23,137 bases of DNA from an uncultured Fibrobacterota bacterium (GTDB taxonomy: Bacteria > Fibrobacterota > Chitinivibrionia > Chitinivibrionales > FEN-1185). Each line of letters begins with the position of its first letter. Positions within the stretch are counted from its first letter, which is position 1. A program made the position numbers and the translations under genes. Shown here in pieces: positions 18,019-23,137 of this stretch. The DNA lies in the NCBI GenBank assembly GCA_963753345.1, contig CAVWBU010000025.1, positions 1 through 23,137 on the forward strand, in the 5' to 3' direction. The notes beneath the pieces were generated by a model. The model ran no database searches and was not told the origin of the DNA. It saw only the letters and a list, made by a program, of their open reading frames with translations.

Positions 18019-19857
18019 TCACTTCTTTCCCATCACCTCCATAATCTTCACCCGAAGCTCCGAAAGCGAAAACGGTTTCTGTATGAATGCCATTACGCCG
18101 AGGTCAAGGATGGTTTTAGCCTCACCGTTAAGACTGTAGCCTGAGGCGAGAAGCGCAATGATGCCGGGATTGATCTCCTTCATTGCAAGGAAAGTGTCCT
18201 TGCCGCTCATTGCCGGCATGACCATGTCGAGGATCACAACGTCGATGTGCTGCCAATCGCTGCGGTAGTATTCAACGGCCTCCTTGCCGTTGCCGAAGAC
18301 CGTGGTCGTGCATCCCAGAACGGTAAGGAGTTTTGCCGAACTTGACAGTACGGAAGGCTCGTCGTCCACGAGGAGAACGCGCGCATTGCACTTTTCAACC
18401 GGCGCGGGTTCCGGCATGGTGGTCGCCGGCGGTACCGCAAACTCCGCATCCAGCACGGGAAAATACAGGTTGAATACCGAACCCCTGCCGGGTTCGCTGT
18501 ACGCGGTGATCGCGCCGTTGTGGCTGCGCACGGTCCCGTACACCGCCGCCAGTCCCATGCCGGTGCCTTTGCTCTGTTCTTTTGTGGTGAAGAACGGTTC
18601 GAAGATGCGGTCAAGCGTGGTTTTATCCATGCCGCACCCTGTGTCGGAAATGCGCAGGCGCAGGTACGGTCCGGGCGTGATTTCGCTGTGCGGCAGCGAT
18701 TTGCAATAGTCGTCGTCGAGGTCCGTGTTATCGGTTGCAAAGGTAAGCTCTCCGCTGTCGGACATTGCGTCGCGGGCGTTGAGCGCGATGTTGAGGAACG
18801 CGCTGTGCAGCTGCGACGGGTCGCCGAGGATCACCGGCCGCTGGGCCGCCAGGGTCTGCTTGACCGTGATGCGTTTGTCGAGAGTGCGTCCGAGCAGCGA
18901 GGCGAGATCGGCGAGGAGCCGGTGAATGTCGACGGGCATCTTGAGCAGGTTGCCTTTACGGGCGAACGCGAGCAATTGGCCAGTGAGGTCTGCAGACCGG
19001 CGGGAACTTGCCATGATGTTCTCGGCGTACTGGCGGATGTCGGAATCTTCCTCTGCCGTGATGCGGATAAGGTCGGCAAAGGCCATGATGCCTGCGAGCT
19101 GGTTGTTGAAATCGTGGGCGATGCCGCCCGCAAGGCGTCCAATGGATTCCAGCTTCTCCGCCTGGCGGAGGCGTTCCTGACTTGACATCAGCGATTGCGT
19201 TCTTTCTTCGACGCGCTGGGCAAGCGAACGGTTGAGTGCGTCCAAGTCCCCATGCGAGCGGGCGCGTGAGGCCTCGAAGTAATATGATATCACGGAAATG
19301 ACAAAGAGGACTGCTCCGAAACGGATCGCATATTCCGACGAATACTTGTGCGTCCACAGCATGATATCGACCAGAAAGATAAGCGCGGCGGTGAAATCGT
19401 AGGCCGCTACTGCGGCAAGGCCCTGGTTGCGTCCCAGGAGAAAGAACGCCACGAGCGGAAACAGCAGACACCACAAGGATACTGTCGGGTGGGGAAACTG
19501 GGTTGCCAGAAGGGCAAGGAATCCAATTCCCGTCAAAGCAACAAAACACACGATGATGAATTCTTCAAGGCGGCGGAACACGGAATTCACGATCAGAATC
19601 GCAAGCAGCCCGACAACGGACAACAGCGACATGAGCGCTATGAAGGTGGCATGGTGCAGCGCGTCCCGGATGCCGAAAAAACCGGATGCAAGAATACCCG
19701 CAGTTAAGGCGACATTGAGGGTCACCCTCCGCATCCGGAGGTCTGTAAAATCAAGACCAACAGGACCGGAATTCTGAACTGCGTCGGCTTCGGAGGTTTT
19801 TTCCGGTTGTGCAGGAAGCGTTTCCTGCAAAGGCATGGTTCCGTTCGTTGGCGGCAT
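18019..19857 (-). CDS. Membrane-bound hybrid sensor histidine kinase / response regulator (CckA-like)
   Basis: Multiple N-terminal TM helices. H-box GIAHDFNN, N-box LNIALNARDAM, DTGCGM, IFEPFFTTK and GTGMGL. Receiver domain LLVDDE, ILDMVMP and KPF. Confidence 0.95.
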   Translation of the reverse strand: MPPTNGTMPLQETLPAQPEKTSEADAVQNSGPVGLDFTDLRMRRVTLNVALTAGILASGFFGIRDALHHATFIALMSLLSVVGLLAILIVNSVFRRLEEFIIVCFVALTGIGFLALLATQFPHPTVSLWCLLFPLVAFFLLGRNQGLAAVAAYDFTAALIFLVDIMLWTHKYSSEYAIRFGAVLFVISVISYYFEASRARSHGDLDALNRSLAQRVEERTQSLMSSQERLRQAEKLESIGRLAGGIAHDFNNQLAGIMAFADLIRITAEEDSDIRQYAENIMASSRRSADLTGQLLAFARKGNLLKMPVDIHRLLADLASLLGRTLDKRITVKQTLAAQRPVILGDPSQLHSAFLNIALNARDAMSDSGELTFATDNTDLDDDYCKSLPHSEITPGPYLRLRISDTGCGMDKTTLDRIFEPFFTTKEQSKGTGMGLAAVYGTVRSHNGAITAYSEPGRGSVFNLYFPVLDAEFAVPPATTMPEPAPVEKCNARVLLVDDEPSVLSSSAKLLTVLGCTTTVFGNGKEAVEYYRSDWQHIDVVILDMVMPAMSGKDTFLAMKEINPGIIALLASGYSLNGEAKTILDLGVMAFIQKPFSLSELRVKIMEVMGKK

Positions 19858-20050
19858 GCGACAACCCCCTTTTTATATTCGGGTGGCGACAGGCTCTCCA
19901 ACATAGTGGCGGGTAACTAGGGAGGAATATAAGCGCACGCTGTGCGAAAAGCAAGAGTCGTCTTTGTTCTTTACAGAAACAGCCATGGGAACAATATTCT
20001 TAATCACCCGCCGGTCACAAGATAAAGTTCCTTTATGTAATTGTCAAGTG

Positions 20051-20476
20051 TTACTCCGCCTTGTTGTTCTGAGGAGCGGGTTTGGCCTGCGTGCCGTTTT
20101 GTCCCCCGTCGCCACGTTCCTTCTGCCGCTGTGCGATCATGGCATCGTACTTTTTCCGCTGAACGTCGGTGAGCACCGCGGAAATGTCCTTGTCGGCGCC
20201 TGCGCGAAGCGCGGTCATTTCCTGCCGCATGCCTTGGCGGTCATCACCGTATTTTTGATGCAACGTCTGCATTGCGTCGCGCTGGTTCTGCAGAATTGCG
20301 GTGATTTTTGTCACCTGGTCGGCCGAAAGATCAAGCTGTGTCTTGAGGTGGTTGACCCGGTCTTCCACCGACATCATCTGACGGTGACCGCCTTGGCCTC
20401 CCTGTCCCTGCTGGGCAGAGGCGACAGAGAACAAACCTGCAAGCACAAGCGATGCAAGAACAGACAAACAACGCAT
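20051..20476 (-). CDS. Periplasmic Spy/CpxP-like helical protein
   Basis: RBS GGAGG and signal peptide ending VASA. LDLSADQ and VLTDVQRKKY (LTxxQ-type) motifs. Confidence 0.8.
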   Translation of the reverse strand: MRCLSVLASLVLAGLFSVASAQQGQGGQGGHRQMMSVEDRVNHLKTQLDLSADQVTKITAILQNQRDAMQTLHQKYGDDRQGMRQEMTALRAGADKDISAVLTDVQRKKYDAMIAQRQKERGDGGQNGTQAKPAPQNNKAE

Positions 20477-20629
20477 GGAACCCTCCGATGAAAAATGTGA
20501 AAAAAAGCCATTTCGGTCTTGGATGAACGGCAAGGCCCATTCTAAACCTTGTACTAGAATTCGACAGAGTGAAGTGATGGAATGTTACGGGAAAGACGCT
20601 GTGAAACAGGCGTTGGTTTGTAACCGAGG

Positions 20630-20674
20630 CATAAAAGCGGTCCCTTGCAAAAAACGCAAGCGACCGCTTTTATG
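20630..20674. terminator. Intrinsic terminator downstream of the beta-propeller gene
   Basis: CATAAAAGCGGTCcCTTGC-loop-GCAAGcGACCGCTTTTATG inverted repeat with T-tracts on both strands. Confidence 0.8.
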
Positions 20675-20715
20675 GGCGGCTTCTTCAGGATCGTTTTTCC
20701 ATCACGGCATCCCGC

Positions 20716-21993
20716 TTATTTCGTCACCACGAACGGGGAAGACAGCGTTGCATTATTGCCCCTTATTGACATTAGATAGGTGCCTGTCGACAATCTCGAT
20801 ACTGGAATACTCAGTCTGCCGCTATGAGCCTGAAGTGTGCCTGAATAGATCTTCCTTCCGGCGATATTGACGACATCAACGGTTATTGCGTCATTATTCA
20901 AATCCTGCGGCAACAAAACGGCAATACCTGTTCTGCTGATATCGATTTTGATTCCATTGGCATACGGCTTTGACATTTCCTGCTGCGGGGTAGGATTAAC
21001 TACTGCCAGCATTTCCGAAAGCGGCCTGCGCCAGACACCGGTACCGCCAGCGCCGGCAAAGATGGTGCCGCCGCTTATGGCAAGAGACAAGATTACCGTA
21101 TTCTCGGGAAGGCCGGAATCAACCGCAGTCCAGGTTGCGCCGTTATTGGTGGAAAGAAAAACACCGTCTCCCCAAGTCCCGGCAAAAATCTTGCTTCCGC
21201 TCACAGCAAGACAATTGATCCAAGTGTTCGTGAGGCCGGAATCAACCGCAGTCCAGGTTGCGCCGTTATCGGCGGAAAGGAAAACACCGCCGCCATTGGT
21301 CCCTGCAAAGATATTGTTGCCGCTCACGGCAAATGCGTAGACAGATGCGTTCGTGAGTCCCGTATTGACCGCAGTCCAGCTTGCGCAGTTGTTGCTGGAA
21401 AGGAAAACACCGCCGCCATTGGTTCCTGCAAAGATGTTGTTGCCGCTCACGACGAATGTGTTGACATGGGTATTGGTGAGACCGGCATTGACCGCAGTCC
21501 AGCTTGCGCCGCTGTTGGCGGAAAGAAAAACACCGCCGCCATTGGTCCCTGCAACGACGTTGCCGCCGCTCGCGGCAAGTGCGTGGACATGCGTATTCTT
21601 GAGACCGGCATTGACCGCAGTCCATTTTGCGCCATTGTTGGTGGAAAGAAAAACGCCGCTGCTGTCAGTCCCTGCAAAGATATTGTCGCCGCTCACAGCA
21701 AGAGCGAGGACTTCCGTATCCCTAGTAAGGCCGGAATCAACCGCAGTCCAGATTGCGCCGTTGCTGGAAAGAAAAACGCCGCCGCGACTAGCCCCTGCAA
21801 AAACGTTGCCGCCGTTCACGGCAAGTGTGTAAATGTCTCCACCTTGCGGCGCGTCTGTCTGCACCCATTGAGCACTTGCAGTGAATGTGAACAGGACAAG
21901 CGGCCCTGCACCAAGGATAATGTTCTTCAAGAAGCTTTTCACTAGGAAAGTTTTTGCCCTTCGCATTTCATGTCCGATGGTTGTTTTACTCAT
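20716..21993 (-). CDS. Secreted BNR/Asp-box repeat beta-propeller protein (7 blades) with a T9SS-like C-terminal domain
   Basis: RBS AGGGG before ATG 21993 and signal peptide ending TASA-QW. Seven ~41-aa repeats LAVSG.NIFAGT.GGGVFLS.NNGA.WT.VN.GL. Tail NIAGRKI...LSTGTYLM. Confidence 0.88.
   Translation of the reverse strand: MSKTTIGHEMRRAKTFLVKSFLKNIILGAGPLVLFTFTASAQWVQTDAPQGGDIYTLAVNGGNVFAGASRGGVFLSSNGAIWTAVDSGLTRDTEVLALAVSGDNIFAGTDSSGVFLSTNNGAKWTAVNAGLKNTHVHALAASGGNVVAGTNGGGVFLSANSGASWTAVNAGLTNTHVNTFVVSGNNIFAGTNGGGVFLSSNNCASWTAVNTGLTNASVYAFAVSGNNIFAGTNGGGVFLSADNGATWTAVDSGLTNTWINCLAVSGSKIFAGTWGDGVFLSTNNGATWTAVDSGLPENTVILSLAISGGTIFAGAGGTGVWRRPLSEMLAVVNPTPQQEMSKPYANGIKIDISRTGIAVLLPQDLNNDAITVDVVNIAGRKIYSGTLQAHSGRLSIPVSRLSTGTYLMSIRGNNATLSSPFVVTK
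21030..21850 (-). repeat. Intragenic 123-bp tandem repeat
   Basis: ACCGCAGTCC recurs at 21122, 21245, 21368, 21491, 21614 and 21740 (spacing 123, 123, 123, 123, 126). Confidence 0.9.
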
Positions 21994-22061
21994 GCTTTCC
22001 CCTGGTTTAATATGCGCGTTTTGCGGGTATCGCATTCTAAAAATATGTTCGGTCAACATCT

Positions 22062-22078
22062 TCGGTGTGACTGGATTT
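22062..22078 (-). repeat. 17-bp duplication of the tRNA-Pro 3' end (att-like)
   Basis: TCGGTGTGACTGGATTT is identical to 22216-22232 (T-arm 3' half, acceptor strand and discriminator). Confidence 0.85.
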
Positions 22079-22173
22079 CGCTCCTGGGGCGTAGATGTGG
22101 TCATGGTCGCGTAAGCCTTGGCCTTGCCTGCGGCTTTGAACAAGGCACATCCTCCCGTTCACACCCACCAAAA

Positions 22174-22212
22174 TAATAATGGCCTCCCGCATTTAGCGGG
22201 CGACCATTATTA
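22174..22212 (-). terminator. Terminator hairpin immediately after tRNA-Pro
   Basis: Minus strand TAATAATGGTCGCCCGC-TAAAT-GCGGGAGGCCATTATTA followed by TTTT. Confidence 0.75.
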
Positions 22213-22290
22213 TGGTCGGTGTGACTGGATTTGAACCAGCGACCCCTACCACCCCAAGGTAGTGCTCTAGCCGGGCTGAGCCACACACCG
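22213..22290 (-). tRNA. tRNA-Pro (GGG)
   Basis: CGGTGTG acceptor, D-arm GCTC..GAGC, anticodon arm CTACC-TTGGGGT-GGTAG, T-loop GTTCAAATC and encoded CCA. Confidence 0.97.
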
Positions 22291-22381
22291 ACAAAATTGA
22301 TCCTGTAAAATAGTTTTCGGAAGGACATTCGCGGCAGACAATTTCCTCGGGTGTTGGTCCGGACGCTTCTTTGCGTCGATC

Positions 22382-22954
22382 TCAGCTCTTTGGCACTCGT
22401 CCGACTCTTCTTTTCTCGCTCTCGTCCTTGCTCAGCCTGCACCCGCAGTAATCCTGTCTGTAAAGACCAAGTTCTTTACTCAGCCGGACGCTCTTGAGGA
22501 ACCCGTCGTTTTTCTTGAAATTGAACGGCTCGTACCTTACTCTGAATTCTGCGGCTGCAGCATTTCCGGTCTTGTTAAGCATATCGATGCGCTTGTGCGG
22601 GCTGATGGTCATTACCGTCGTAAAGGCGGGCCAGCCGATGCCTCTGCAGAATTTTGCGGTTTGTCTCAGCCTGAGCAAAAAGCATTGCTCGCACCGCGCG
22701 CCGCCTTCGGGAGTGTGGGAGAAATCCCGAATGGCATTCTCCCAATCCTGTGGAGCGTAAGGGGCCGAGTCGAAAGGCACGCCATAATGGTCTGCAGTAC
22801 GTTTTGCCTCAGCCAGGCGCTTGTCGTATTCCTCCTGCGGCTGGATGTTCGGGTTGCAGAAGAAACAGCGGAGCTCGTATTGCTCGGTGAGGGAATGGAC
22901 GACCCAGGCCTCGTCAGGAGCGCAGCAGATATGGAGGAGGAGGTGAGGTTTCAT
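22382..22954 (-). CDS. queH: Epoxyqueuosine reductase QueH (DUF208)
   Basis: LLLHICCAPD, NPNIQP.EEY, EGGARCEQC..LRL, ISPHK and LYRQDYCGC motifs. Confidence 0.93.
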   Translation of the reverse strand: MKPHLLLHICCAPDEAWVVHSLTEQYELRCFFCNPNIQPQEEYDKRLAEAKRTADHYGVPFDSAPYAPQDWENAIRDFSHTPEGGARCEQCFLLRLRQTAKFCRGIGWPAFTTVMTISPHKRIDMLNKTGNAAAAEFRVRYEPFNFKKNDGFLKSVRLSKELGLYRQDYCGCRLSKDESEKRRVGRVPKS

Positions 22955-23028
22955 GCTATTTGGTTTGTATGTATTGATAATACCATTTGCCAGACATTGA
23001 TTTCTTCAATTAACAATTCAATAAATCA

Positions 23029-23137
23029 AAATGCCTTTGGGAGCTTCGCGGGGTGCAGCGTTCTTTAATCAACATTACGCGCATGCTAAAGTTGCCGCCT
23101 GTGGTGCGCGCGTGTGCGACAAAAACCTGCGTACCTA
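23029..23137 (+). ncRNA. Candidate structured RNA / dispersed element family B, copy 2 (truncated by window end)
   Basis: Begins with the same 33-mer AAATGCCTTTGGGAGCTTCGCGGGGTGCAGCGT. Different interior. Ends in GCGTACCTA, resembling GCGCACCCT of copy 1. Confidence 0.5.

Noticed and set aside
20560-20588. ECF-sigma-like promoter GTAAC-N18-GTCGAA upstream of the Spy-like gene (minus strand)
   Set aside because: Plausible for an envelope-stress gene, but it is a single short motif with borderline spacing.
21030-21850. CRISPR array
   Set aside because: The repeats are in-frame 41-codon units inside a CDS, with no unique spacers and no cas genes.
1-22232. Whole window as one island from the integrase to tRNA-Pro
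   Set aside because: I found no tRNA 3' fragment near the integrase. The only duplicate is 154 bp from the tRNA, and the intervening genes look chromosomal.
22213-22954. Functional link between queH and the adjacent tRNA
   Set aside because: Queuosine modifies GUN-anticodon tRNAs (Tyr, His, Asn, Asp), not tRNA-Pro(GGG).

Overview
GC-rich bacterial chromosomal window. The gene content (secreted proteins with T9SS-like C-terminal tails, a GH2, a CsgG-like protein) suggests an FCB-group organism such as Fibrobacterota/Chitinivibrionia; this is inference only. Left to right: (1) an integron-integrase-like tyrosine recombinase with an apparently duplicated N-terminal domain and a possible attI-like core just downstream; (2) an Ig/PKD-repeat SGNH lipoprotein; (3) a secreted GH2 whose acid/base Glu appears to be replaced by Gly; (4) a TPR-like secreted protein; (5) an ABC exporter plus apbE operon converging on a CsgG-like / MoxR AAA+ / YehM-like / NusG-II (EetA-like) / Gx-transporter(EetB)-EcfT fusion operon; (6) a hybrid histidine kinase, a Spy/CpxP-like protein and a 7-blade beta-propeller; (7) tRNA-Pro(GGG) with a duplicated 3' end, and queH. 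Intergenic DNA is rich in structured elements: two unrecognised two-copy families (1610-1735 / 12033-12184 and 17844-17950 / 23029-end), a Flavo-1-like RNA, a REP-like half element and 7-nt periodic arrays. At least four genes carry single-base frameshifts, probably long-read errors.
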